From assembly GCF_006345805.1 (NCBI RefSeq), contig NW_021834946.1:1-56840 (forward strand): DNA of 56,840 bases, written 5' to 3'. This document shows positions 1 to 11,289 of the stretch, one piece after another (the first letter of the stretch is position 1; every line of letters starts with the position of its first letter). Below the pieces are notes generated by a model. That model was given only the letters and a program-made list of their open reading frames with translations. It had not been told where the DNA came from and searched no databases. The position numbers and the translations under genes are program-made. Origin of the DNA: Octopus sinensis (lineage: Eukaryota).

Positions 1-345
1 ACAAAATATTTTGTTACTAACACCATACAAATTATTTTTTATCTTTTACACCTTATGCAAAATTTATTTCGCTTTCGAATGATGCAGACAATAACCATTT
101 TTATACTACTTGAAGAATTCTAATGCTAAATATAATTTTAAAGGAGATAACCTGCAGTATATAGTACAACATTTTTGTCTCCGTATATGAGCTAAGTATT
201 AATAAAATGTGGTATACGATAAAAATTTCGGATATTTGTCTTAAAACATTCAGACAAGAAAATTCAGATGTAGCACATGAGGTATTATTCCATACGAATA
301 TCCACATATTTATATTAAGAATTTCATGATAGAAATATAGAAATA

Positions 346-911
346 TTGGGTTGTCCGGAAAGTTCTTGCAGATTTATAGTAGCTTATCTTTCGACTTATT
401 TTAGAACATGTTTGAGTCCATAAAATAGGATTTGACTACACCTCCATTTGGAGCACAGTTTAATCTATCTTTTCGTGGAAGAAGGTTTATGTTCCAATAA
501 CCTGTGTTAATTCTGTAACCCTTTAAATTAAAAGATGAGAAAAATTCATTATCGGCATTTGATGCTTTGGGAACCAGACAAAAATTGCTGCAGCTTGGCT
601 GGGGTGACTTACCCCACCCTCCATATTCACCAGATATTACTCCTTCGGATTTCCACTTATTCAGGTCTCTGCAGAATAGTCTTAATGGTGAAAATTTCAA
701 TTCCTTAGATGACGTAAAAAGATACCTTGATGAATTATTTTCCTTGAAACCACCCCAATTCTGGGAAGAGGGTATTTTAAGGTAAAGGTAAGATGGAGAC
801 GTATTGTGCAACGAAATGGTTCAGATCTGGTTCATTAAAAATGTAATGGCAAGTATTTAGCGACCATGTACTTTCCTTTAAAAATCGGAACGAACTTTCT
901 GGACAACCCAA
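346..911 (+). mobile_element. Internally deleted non-autonomous mariner (Tc1/mariner) element
   Basis: TIRs TTGGGTTGTCCGGAAAGTTC (346-) and GAACTTTCTGGACAACCCAA (-911); TA at 344-345 and 912-913. N-terminal codons KIHYRHLMLWE (541-573) are fused out of frame to the C-terminal TRQKLLQLGW..HPPYSPDITPSDFHLF motif. Confidence 0.93.
541..785 (+). pseudogene. Mariner transposase remnant (N-terminal stub joined to C-terminal catalytic segment)
   Basis: The HPPYSPDITPSDFHLFRSLQNSL motif matches the mariner YSPDLAPSD block; most of the ORF is deleted at ~573. Confidence 0.9.
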
Positions 912-1300
912 TATAAACATAACAATGAAATACAAATAAAAACATGAAAAATGAAAACCTAAATTGAAAGAGGCGATTAAATTTTTTTCCTAACCTGCAG
1001 CCGTTTGTTGTACAAAGTATTCGAAATTCAGCCCTCCTTCCTCAGGGTTCCTTTCTCGATGTAAAATCCAGCAGAAAGCAGTAAGGCACTACATGACGAG
1101 TATTCAGTTGGTTAAAGTTCAGTTTTTGAGTATCTATGTACACAATTTTTTTTCAAGAGGATTGCCACGTTTAAATAAGAAATGAAAATCATTTAGTTAA
1201 TCATGCAATTTTGGGAATATTCCATTTTTTACTGATATATACTACAATAACAAAGAAATTATTTAAGATTTTAGATTTATGCATAAGTATTCTTATGGTT

Positions 1301-1432
1301 CCAAAACGCATGGTTCTCAGTTCAGTCCCACTGTGTGGTAACTTGGCATGTGTCTTCTACTATAGCCTGAGACCAACCAAAGCTTTGTCAGTGGATTTTG
1401 TAGACAGAAACTGATAGAATAAGTACCAGGCT
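1301..1432 (+). mobile_element. SINE family A fragment, internally deleted
   Basis: Matches the head of the copy at 28208 (catggttc..ttcagtcccactg..gtcttctactatagcc..ggatt..tagac.gaaactg) joined directly to gatagaataagtacc. Confidence 0.75.
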
Positions 1433-1570
1433 CTACGCAGTGTCTCACATTTTTGTTTGCCCACTCAGTTGTATCTATCAATTTATCTTTGTGTGTGTGT
1501 GTGTGTGTGTGTTGTGTACAATATATATATGTATGTGTATATATATAATATATAATATATATTATATATA

Positions 1571-1932
1571 TGTAGGTCCCGTTTAGTCGGGGTTAACCAC
1601 AGTAAATAAGGTACTCAATACATGGCAGAGTAAATAATTTATTTTATAGAAGGAGTTTCTACAGGACTAGAACTGTTTCATTCAAAAGAAATCATCGGAA
1701 GCTCATCAGGGTGGTCGAAGAAGAACGATCTCCATCGATTCTTTTGATGAACTCATCAGTCCGTCTAATAAGGCTTTTTGGTACTGTTTCCTCCTTGGTG
1801 GGATAGTAATGTTCTTCAGGGAAGTGTTGAGGTCGATTCTTGTCAGCATTTTTTCTTGGTGATGGTTATAAGGGCTTCCTGATGATTTCTTTTGAATGAA
1901 ACGTTCTAGTCCTGTAGAAGCTCCTTCTATAA

Positions 1933-1941
<9 letters not shown>
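1571..1941 (-). mobile_element. Penelope-like element (PLE) remnant: inverted pLTR piece, ORF 5' fragment, pLTR, within (TA)n
   Basis: Inverted arms 1635-1704 and 1873-1941. The spacer on the minus strand reads MLTRIDLNTSLKNITIPPRRKQYQKALL and, after two frameshifts, TDEFIKRIRWRSFFF, resembling the PLE N-terminal pattern SLKNIPIP...FIKRMRWKAFFF (recalled consensus). The pLTR tail also occurs at 55083-55209. Confidence 0.72.
1872..1923 (+). ncRNA. Minimal type I hammerhead ribozyme motif (weakened stem III)
   Basis: GGGCTTC-CTGATGA-t TTC tttt GAA t-GAAAC-gttctagtcct-GTA-GAAGCTC; stem I is 7 bp. Stem III lacks one base relative to the sister copy (ACAG/CTGT). Confidence 0.65.
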
Positions 1942-1978
<37 letters not shown>

Positions 1979-2048
1979 ATTTCGTGGACAGGAACTGAAA
2001 CAAATCAATCGTATATATATGTATATATATATATGTAAGTGTATGTGT

Positions 2049-4740
2049 TTTAGTATTGGCAACATGAATGACAATAGCCAGAGACTACTTGAATTTTGCA
2101 CATACCATAACCTGTGCATCACCAACACATTCTTCCCAACAAGACATCCCACAAGGCATCTTGGAGACATCCAAGATCTCACCACTGGCATCAGTTGGAT
2201 CTCATCATTACACGAAGATCCTTTCTGAATTCTGTTCAACTGACCCGTAGCGCGGATTGTGAGACAGATCATTCACTAATAAGAAGGGTGAGGATTCTGC
2301 CTAAAAAGTCCATCACTCCAAGAAAATTAGCCAACCACGCATTAACACTGCCAGAACCTCGAACCCTACACTGCGACAATGTTTTGCTGTTTTTATCAAG
2401 GTTGCCCTCAGTAGCTGCCCAACCTCCTCTGCTGAAAGTAGGTGGAATTATATCAGGGAAGCTTTGTATACCACATCAATAGATACTTTCGGAATGAGAG
2501 AAAGGTAAAACCCAGATTTTGTTCAGTGCTGGGCTCTCAGAGCTGGAACCAGTTATCGAAGCAAAGCGTACAGCTCTGATGCAATACAAGAGTGGTTCTT
2601 CTACAAAGTCACACGAAGAACTCAGAAAGGCAAGAAATAAAACCCAACTGACTGCCAGACGCTATGCAAATGGGTATTGAAAGGAAATCTGTCAGAGTAT
2701 CCAGTCAGCTGCTGACAGTGGCGACACCCGTGGGATGTATGCCGGTTTGAAGAAGGCCCTCGCCATCCGCAAATACCTCAGCCCCTCTGAAATCAACTAC
2801 TGGAGATCTCATCAGGGACCAAAGCAAGCAAATGGATAGATGGATGGAGTACTACCAGGATCTCTACTCACGAGAGACCACGGTAGCTGAGGCTGCAATC
2901 GAGGGTGTCAAGATCTTGCCAGTCATGTGTGAACTTGACAGTCTGCCATCTATAGCAGAGCTCACCAAATCTATTGACTCCCTAGCAAGTAACAAGGCTC
3001 CGGGAAAAGACGGCATCCCCTTAGAGATCATCAAAACCGGCAAAAACACCATCCTGCTTCGGCACATTCATGAGCTTCTGTGTCAGTGCAGGTAAGAGGG
3101 TACAGTCCCTCAGAATATGCGGGATGCTAACATCATTACGCTTTACAAAAATAAAAGTGACCGTGATGATTGTAACAATTACCGTGGAATATCTCTTCTA
3201 AGCACAGTTGGAAAGGCCTCTGCTTGCATTATCCTGTCCAGGCTGCAACTAATTGCTTCTCGAATTTATCCAGAATCGCAGTGTGGCTTTAGAAGCAGAT
3301 CAACTATTGACATGATATTCTCCATACGCCAACTTCAGAAGTCCAGAGAGCAGAACATGCCATTATATATGGCCTTCATTGATCTGACAAAGGGCTTTGA
3401 CTTGATAAGTAGAAAAGGCCTCTTCATCCTGCTCCAAAAAATCGGATGTCCACCAAAGCTGCTGAGGATCATCAAATCATTCCATGCTAATATGCAAGGC
3501 ACCATACAGCACAATGGTTCAACATCAGCCGCCTTCCAAATAAAAAATGGGGTAGAGAGCAAGGTTGTGTCCTTGCTCCTACATTATTTGGCATCTTCTT
3601 CTCGCTGCTGCTGTCACATGCCTTTGAGACATCAGATGATGGAGTGTTTCTGCACAGTAGAAGTGATGGGGAACTGTTCAATCTCTCGCGTCTGCGTGCC
3701 AAGACCAAAATTTCAGAAGCATCCTGATCAAGGAGATGCTATTTGCTGATGATGCCGCTCTGGTATCACACACAGAAGAAGCCCTACGAAGGCTCAGCAA
3801 CTGTTTTGAGCAAGCATTGGCAACTTTGGCTTAGTTATCAGCCTCAAGAAGACCGACATCATGGGTCAGGCTACATCGGACATCCCAAACATACATATTG
3901 GAGACCACAGAGTATAGGAGGTGGAGAAGTTTACCTATCTTGGCTCTACCGTCACCTACAACCTATCCCTTGATGCTGAGCTCAATATACGCATTGGCAA
4001 GGCAGCTGCTGTGATGGCCCAACTCACCAAACGCGCATGGGACAACAATAAGCTGACCAAGACCACAAAAATGAAGATTTACCAGGCATGTGTACTTAGC
4101 ACTCTACTGTATGACTTTGACGCCATACACACGCCATACGACGCCATACGTCGCCTAAATATCTTTCACCTGCGCTGTCTCCGGAAGATCCATCGCATCA
4201 AATGGCAGAATCATGTCCCTAACAAAGATGTCCTCAAGCAAGCAGGAATACCAAGCATGTTTGCAATCTTCACACAAAGACGTATGAGATGGCTTGGACA
4301 TGTTAGCCGTATGGAAGATGGCAGAATCCCCAAGGACATACTCAACGGAGAGCTTGCTAGGGGCACTAGGTATGTGGGAAGACCGTTCTTACGATACAAG
4401 GATGTTTGCAAAAGGGACATGAATGCCTGCAACATCAATATTACCAACTGGGAAGCAGTTGCCAGCAACCGTGGAGATTGGCGACGTACCGTGAAAGAGG
4501 GAACACAAAGGAGTGACACAGTGAGAAAGGAGAAATGGAAAGACAAGAAAAGACGTCAACAAGAAACTATGACATTACAACCAGTCAGGCAAAGTCTTCG
4601 CTACATTTACGGCACCTGCCAGAGGGAGTGTTTGTCCCGGATAGGACTACACAGCCACAGCAATGAAATGTAAAAGCCGGACAAGATTATTTTATGCGCA
4701 ACTCCATTGTCTCCCGAGACAAAAAGGATGCCAACAACAA
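2049..4740 (+). mobile_element. 5'-truncated RTE-clade LINE (APE remnant plus RT), frameshifted
   Basis: GNMNDNSQRLLEFC..LCITNTFF (APE); HWHQLDLIITRR..DCETDH; KAPGKDGIPLE; LYKNKSDRDDCNNYRGISLLS; YPESQCGFR..STIDMIF; AFIDLTKGFD; FTYLGS; RRMRWLGHVSRMEDGRIPK..GRPFLRYKDVCKRDM. The 3' end is ccattgtctcccgagac..ggatgccaacaacaa. Confidence 0.95.
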
Positions 4741-4955
4741 TATATATGGATTTCGTAGACAGGAACTGTAACAAATAAATCGTATATATATGTATGTATA
4801 TATGTAAGTGTATGTGTGTGTCTTTGTCTCTGTGTTTCGCCCTCGTCACTGCTTCACAACTGCTGTTCACTTATTTACATCCACATAATTACTGGTTTCA
4901 CAAGAACAAACTAATAGAGTAAGTACTAGGCTTATCAACATAAAAAAGCACTAGG
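4741..4955 (+). mobile_element. Degenerate SINE family A 3' half (its first ~77 bp are also present at 1971-2048)
   Basis: ggatt.cgtagac.ggaactg, microsatellite, gtctttgtctctgtgttt..., aatagagtaagtactaggctta. Confidence 0.65.
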
Positions 4956-5030
4956 CTGTGTCTCATATTTTTGTTTGCTCACTCAGTTGTATCTATCAAT
5001 TTATCTTTGTATGTGCCATGTGTGTGTGTA

Positions 5031-5101
<71 letters not shown>

Positions 5102-6389
5102 CTAAACACCCTATGGGAGCCTTAAATCCCAAATTTTAGTAATTTCTTTTATGATCCAAAACTTGGTCAAAAGTACTGAATGGATCTTTATGAAATTTGG
5201 AAATTATATTCTATGCATAAGGGCCATAACACCCATGACAATTCATATATTTTTGCTGTTGATGAAATTTTAACCATAGACATTAGACACAATGAAGTAA
5301 TATCTATAAAATTTCATCTTACAAAGTTAGAAAGACTCCTCCATGGGGACTTAACAACTACAATTTTGTCATTTTATCTAAGCAAAAATGAATACAGTTG
5401 TGCTCTTGGAAGCTGTAGGGTTACCCGAGATAAAAGATGAGCATTATTTGTAATTCAATGGTACAACAGTGTAACAGTTTGCTTTGACATACACACTGCA
5501 TAAATTGTCAAGTATGAGAGGCATCTTTGCCTCCACTGATTCAGTTGCAAAGTGTAGAGTAAAATTTATTTGATTGCAGACCTCCTTTCAGTCTTTTTAT
5601 TATCACTCGGTCACACATAGTCCCCAGATGGTAACATTGATTTCAAGGCCTTCCCAGATGAGTGACTGGTTATTCGAAGACATTTATAGATTTTAAATTT
5701 ATTCTGTCCAGTTACGTATCAGTATAGTGGTCATTTGCAAACTACAGAGGTGACACTTTCATTTCTCCTTAGCTCTCACGTCAAACAGTTGTTAATGTTG
5801 ATTTCAGTTGGGTCACGCCCTTCCAATTGCTATAGATTTGTAATGCATCTTACGGCTGTGCCTGTCACCTGGATGGTGAGGAATCCTACATTAGGAGTGG
5901 TAACGACTAGGGTAGGGTAACTGACTGCTTATTGTGATCATTCGTCTTTTGATTTCCTGTAGCTTTGCTCTCTTTTACAAACCCAGTGAACATATATTTC
6001 CTATTTCAAAGAAATTCAAACAATAGATATAAGACCCAAGTAAAAAGATTTTCAACAATTCAACTTCTCTGGTTGACATTAAGATGCCCACCCCCAACAG
6101 GGGCCTTAACTCTCACATTTTAGAGCTCCATGACCTTCATTTTTCAGGAACAAAATCTTTTTAACAAGTTAAATAACTGGAATTTTGGAATATGCGCATA
6201 AAAATCAGGATTATGGGATACATGTGGCACGATTACAATTTTTTAGGGTGTGTAAAGATTGAAATAACCCTCATCTGCAATTTTGATGAAATTCGAAACA
6301 TACATATTCCAGTTCATCACAGAAGATATAACAGAAAAGTCTAATTCTCCAATTGAATGTAATCGGGTAACGCCGGGTATCTCTGCTAG
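5031..6389 (+). mobile_element. Non-autonomous Helitron-type element (~1.36 kb) with an internal (TA)n expansion at its 5' end
   Basis: A|TCTATATA start; 3' end tcgggtaacgccgggtatctctgCTAG|T resembles the 3' end of the four shorter copies; no TSD. The 5' boundary is less certain than the 3'. Confidence 0.65.
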
Positions 6390-6454
6390 TTATATATAAA
6401 TATAAAAAAGTAAAAGATATGCAATAAATATAAATATGTATATAAAAGTAAAAA

Positions 6455-6497
<43 letters not shown>

Positions 6498-6499
<2 letters not shown>

Positions 6500-6775
6500 T
6501 TTCTTTTCTTTCTTTTATTCTTTTACTTGTTTCGACCCGAACACTTCTTTAAAGTAATTCTATATATTTCGCAAGAAAGAACAATAATATTATGTATATA
6601 CATGCCACCATCGGGGGGACAAACACAAACACACACAGAGTTTCCGTCTACCAAATTCACTCACAAGTCTTTGGTTGGCCTGAGGCTCTAGTAGAAGACC
6701 AAGGCGTCGCGTAATGGGGCTGAACCCAGAACCATGTAGTTGGTAAGCAGGCTACTTACCACACAGCCACTCATG
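6498..6775 (-). mobile_element. SINE family A, fragmented (tail 6498-6533; head and body 6610-6775)
   Basis: Reverse complement of gagtggctgtgtggtaagtagc..., gtagacggaaac, gtttgtcccccc and of the tail gaaacaagtaaaagaataaaaga. Confidence 0.75.
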
Positions 6776-6938
6776 CATATGTATGTGTGTGTGTGTGTGA
6801 GTGTGTGTGTGTGTGTTGTGTGTGTGTGTGTGTGTGTGTGTTTGTGTGTATCTGTGTGTAGTTTGACAAGTGTCAATGCACGAAACTCTCGCCCCCCGAT
6901 TCACTCTGTTGCTTCTGCTAAATATTGATAAACACATA

Positions 6939-7078
6939 TATGACAAGCTTTTTCAGATTCCGTCAACCAAATCTACTCACAAGGGTTTAGTCGACCCAGA
7001 GCTATAGTAGAAACACCCGCTCAAAGTGCCACGCAGCTGGACTGAACCCGGAACAGCTTACAACACAGTCACGCCTGC
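6939..7078 (-). mobile_element. SINE family A 5' half
   Basis: Reverse complement of ccgggttcagtcc.gctgcgtggcac..ctactatagc. Confidence 0.75.
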
Positions 7079-7104
7079 TTCTATTCACATATATACATGA
7101 TATA

Positions 7105-7327
7105 TATTTCTTTTGCTACCCACAAGGGGCTAAACAGAGAGGGGACAAACAAGGACAGACAAATGGATTAAGTCGATTACATCGACCCAGTGCGAAACTG
7201 ATACTTTATTTATCGACCCCGAGAGGATGAAAGGCAAAGTCGACCTCGGCGGAATTTGAACTCAGAACGTAGACGAAATACTGCTAAGCATTTCGCCCGG
7301 CGTGCTAACGCTTCTGCCAGCTCGCCT
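7105..7327 (-). mobile_element. SINE family B, full length, tail 1
   Basis: Reverse complement of ggcgagctggcagaa.cgttagcacgccgggcgaaatgc..gttctgagttcaaattccgccgaggtcgactttgcctttcatcc..ttagccccttgtggg. Confidence 0.9.
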
Positions 7328-8277
7328 CCTCTTGCATATAAATCTATGTGCGTATATAGACACAGTTATACATACACATACCTAGTCATGGATGGCTACA
7401 CACACTAACACACACGTACACATACACATGCAAGTAGTCACACGAGTGTACACACAACCACACACATACGCACGCACACACACACATACACACTCGCACG
7501 CACACACATAATCTCCTTTCCTCTCACCCTTATTCTTCTAAGCAAACACACATCTACACACACATAGAAAGGCATGCATGCACGCAGACATAAAATTAAT
7601 TCGCGGCCAAATTTCAGGGCAGACGTTGAAGAGAAGGACAAGCTATTGAAAAGGTCGCGAAAAATAGCGACGAACGGACTTTCACGAAGAAATATAAAAT
7701 TAGAAAAAAACCACCTTTATATCATTCAAAATGAACAATCAAATTACACACATCTAGAAAATTACATATAATAGAAATATTAAATATAAAATAATAATAT
7801 ACCGATGATGAAGTAATGTGCAAAATAATAATAAATCGTAATATCATGAATTGACAAAAGGTGTTTTTTTTCTAATTTATAATATTATATACAGTCTTTT
7901 CTGTTGCTTGACCATTAATACCTGCTATATATCTCTCTCTTGCTGCCTTCGAAACACACTGCCACACATACATAGACGCACACACACATACATGAAAGCA
8001 ATTTCTCACACTCAAACACTCTAGCACTCATTCTTAAAATAATTCAAATATAAACACCAGTCATACAGAATATATTCACACTCTTTGATTTTCCTGTACC
8101 CCCCTTCTCCTAACCGGATTCTGACCTTGAACTATCTTAACGGACATTCTCGTCTGCTTTCACCCAGCCTGGCGTCAACGCATATAGATAGACAGTTTGT
8201 GCCATTTATTCCATGGGCTCATCGTGAGCGTTTGTGAAAAGCTTGCTGTGCATTTTGTTGGAGAATTAAGTTCCTGG

Positions 8278-8363
8278 ATTTTCCTGAAGAGAAGGCTGCA
8301 AAATGGACTCCTTATTCAATCCGAATTAGGGACTTTGCAGCCTTTGAAACATATGTAGAAAAT
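8278..8363 (+). ncRNA. Canonical type I hammerhead ribozyme
   Basis: Stem I ATTTTC(8278-83)/GAAAAT(8358-63); core CTGAAGA 8284-90; stem II GAAGGCTGCAAA/TTTGCAGCCTTT (12 bp, one GU); GAAAC 8346-50; palindromic stem III ACATATGT; GUA triplet 8355-57; AATAAA immediately after. Confidence 0.85.
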
Positions 8364-8402
8364 AAAAAAAGGAATTTTGTTAAATCTTCGTTTCTTCTAC
8401 AC

Positions 8403-8484
<82 letters not shown>

Positions 8485-8837
8485 AAATGAGGTAGGGGTT
8501 GAAAATTCAACCCACCATGGGATAACATATTATATTTTATATTTTATATTTCTATTTCCTTGTCTAATTATATTTACAATATATTTTGTATAATGCCTTT
8601 ACTGTTATGTAATGGTGTAATAAAGTATTGATTGGGTATCATCTGTTGGTTGATGTTTGATTGATTTAAGTATGTTTCTCCATTTTCTAATTTTGTATAT
8701 ATAACGACCTCGAACACACAAGTGCAAACAAGGGAGTCAGAGAAAGGCAGAATGCTACTTATATCTGAACACTACTATAGAAATATTCTTTTAAAAAAAC
8801 TTTTCTTGTAATTTTTCTAAATTTAATTATTTAATCG

Positions 8838-8880
8838 TTACAGTTGAAAAGGTCTCAAAATGACCGAAACCGGTACTGAA
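8838..8880 (+). ncRNA. Degenerate minimal HHR motif
   Basis: cag-TTGAAAA-GGTC tcaaaat GACC-GAAAC cg GTA-ctg; stems are intact but the core deviates from CUGANGA at two positions. Confidence 0.5.
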
Positions 8881-9691
8881 AGATTCACTATAAAATTATC
8901 TTAGCATTTTCTATTTTTGACTTGTTTTTTCATATATATCAACTCGTGTGTTCCTTTCCACCCTTATACATATATATATATATATATAGTATGTATGTAT
9001 GTATGTATGTATGTATGTATGTATGTATGTATGTATGTATGTATGTATGTATGTATGTGTGTATGTATATACTTACATATATATGTATATACATATGCAT
9101 ATATGGGTTCAGGACGTCACAGAAGGTAAACAACAGGAAATACGAAATACGAAAATATGCAATACGAACTTTTTTGCGAACAGCGAAAGAAACAATAGTA
9201 TCGATAATGCCCGAAATTGCGTTTGACTCCTCTTGCTGATAACTGATGAAGAATTTGTGACCTTGTGTGTTTTCTGTTCGCCTGTGCATTTAGTATGTGT
9301 TCGTTTGTTTATTTACAATACGTTTATTTTTAATTATATATCTATAGATATGTCATATTTTCCGTTTGTTGTCTTTTTATTTAATCCTGAAGATATTATT
9401 TATGTAACGCACGCACTCATTAATCTTTTACCTATATATATATGTGTGTGCGTGTGCATGTGTGCGTGTGTGTGTGTGTGAGTATGTGTGTGTGTGTGTG
9501 TGTGTGTACGCGCGCGCGTGTGTGTGTGTAGTTCAAATTTACAGAAAACAAACGACGAAGACAGGTGAAAGAACAACAAGCAGAGTTTGAAGGTTTTTTA
9601 GTTATAGAAATCGACCCCAGGACTTACTCTTTGGAACCCTAGCACTTATTCTATCGGTTTCTTTTTCCAAAACGCTAAGCCACTGGACGTG

Positions 9692-9751
<60 letters not shown>

Positions 9752-9755
<4 letters not shown>

Positions 9756-9985
9756 CGTAGGAGTGACTGTGTGACAAGAAGTTTGCTGCCTGGTCACTAG
9801 GTCAAATAGATTTGGACGATGGAAACTGACAAAAGCCCGTCGTATATACGTGTTTGTGGGCCGGAGGGGGCTAGCTTCGTGCTTGTCCCAGACAACCGCT
9901 TGTTGACTTCCTTTCCATCCCCGCAACTTAGAAGTTCGACGAAATTAACCGATAGAATATGTCGAATGACTGAGACAAGTAAATG
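9752..9985 (+). mobile_element. Degenerate SINE family A (a further minus-strand 3' fragment lies at ~9605-9690)
   Basis: aggcgtaggagtgactgtgtg..ggaaactgacaaaagcccgtcg..accgatagaata..gaatgactgagacaagtaa. Confidence 0.65.
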
Positions 9986-10195
9986 TTTTTTTTAGATATA
10001 TCGTAGTAATATCTAATGTAGTTGTGGTTTACGACCAGTCAGGACGTTACCATTGGTTTCACACTTTTTATACTCTTAGCAATATAGACGTCTCCCACGG
10101 CTAAGAACGTAAAAGGAACGAAAGCAAAGGTGACTCCCTGACCGGCCATACCAGCCACATAGTTTCGGGTTCATTCACACTGCGTGGCACCTTAG

Positions 10196-10350
10196 AACCT
10201 AGGGTTGGATTCAAAATTCTACCAGGACACCTGATGAAGGCTGGAGAGTAAATCAGCCGAAATTTTGTGGTAGCAACAAACAAGGTGAGGACAAATATCC
10301 GTCCAATGTAAAAAATGTAAATATTGTACAGAATTCCTCATCATTAAAAT
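10196..10350 (+). repeat. Dispersed HHR-bearing repeat (second copy 36545-36690, minus strand)
   Basis: acac-CTGATGA-aGGCTG gagagtaaat CAGCC-GAAA ttttgtgg..caacaaacaag.tgaggacaaatatccgtc.aatgtaaa; the same block occurs in reverse complement at 36.6 kb. Confidence 0.75.
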
Positions 10351-10862
10351 ATAGAACAATTTATGATTGTTTCAAAAATTCCATGTTGACTTAATCTTGC
10401 ATCGTGTTTTTAAACGACTCCACAATTAATGATGTAGTCATATCCGTTGTACAGATACCCCGTTCATAGAAATGATCCCTCGCAACTCTCTACAAAAAAT
10501 AATATGCTGAAGTGTTTGTCTATCGCTTAAATATAGGACATTAATCAATGTTTATAGTGGACGGCACAGCGGTCACGTTTATAAACATGATAGAAGATAA
10601 GTCAAAATGAATTTGTAGAAATAATTGTAAACTATGAAACAAAAATAATAACGCAAACTCCACTTTTCAGTGCTTATTACTTCTGTAACCCCTCAGAGGA
10701 AACATGACTCCTCCTTCACTCCTCTCCACCCTTCATTTATGGTTTGAGAATAATTCTATAATTGTTGTAAACTGGAATGGAACTTACTCTCTTTCTGCTC
10801 ACATCCATTCACCATTTAATGCTACTTGCTTTGCATCTTTTAGAGAGATAGATTAGATATAA

Positions 10863-11246
10863 CTAGCAGTATCGCCCGGCGTTGCTCGGGTTTGTAAGGG
10901 AAATAACTATATAAGCATTTTTAGAGAGTTATAGCCAAAAAATGCATTAAAAATGGAAAAAAAATATGGTAAATTTTTTTTAAAATCGTTGACTCATAGT
11001 AGACATTTTTAGAGAGTTACTTCCCTTATATAATATCGAAAAAATGCATTAAAATGGAAAAAATTATGGTAAATTTTTTTTAAATCGTAGACTCATCGTA
11101 GACGCGCGCTAATACCCAGAAGGGCTCGATATGAATCACGACTATAAGATACCCGGTTTTGGTTAAACTGCACCGCAAAATGTGGGAGTAGTTAGGAATC
11201 TAAATCGTAGGAGACAGACACACAACCTCTCTTTTATATATAAAGA
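10863..11246 (-). mobile_element. Non-autonomous Helitron-type element, subfamily 1
   Basis: The minus strand starts A|TCTTTATATATAAAA and ends aacccgagcaacgccgggcgatactgCTAG|T; near-identical to 25237-25634 and 38454-38848. Confidence 0.85.
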
Positions 11247-11289
11247 TAAACTCAAAGAGCAACTAGAAAGTGAGAGTAGTTTCTAACTT

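Noticed and set aside
1770-1822. Minus-strand CTGAAGA...GAAACAGTA inside the PLE ORF fragment
   Set aside because: No stem I or stem II pairing; a chance arrangement within coding sequence.
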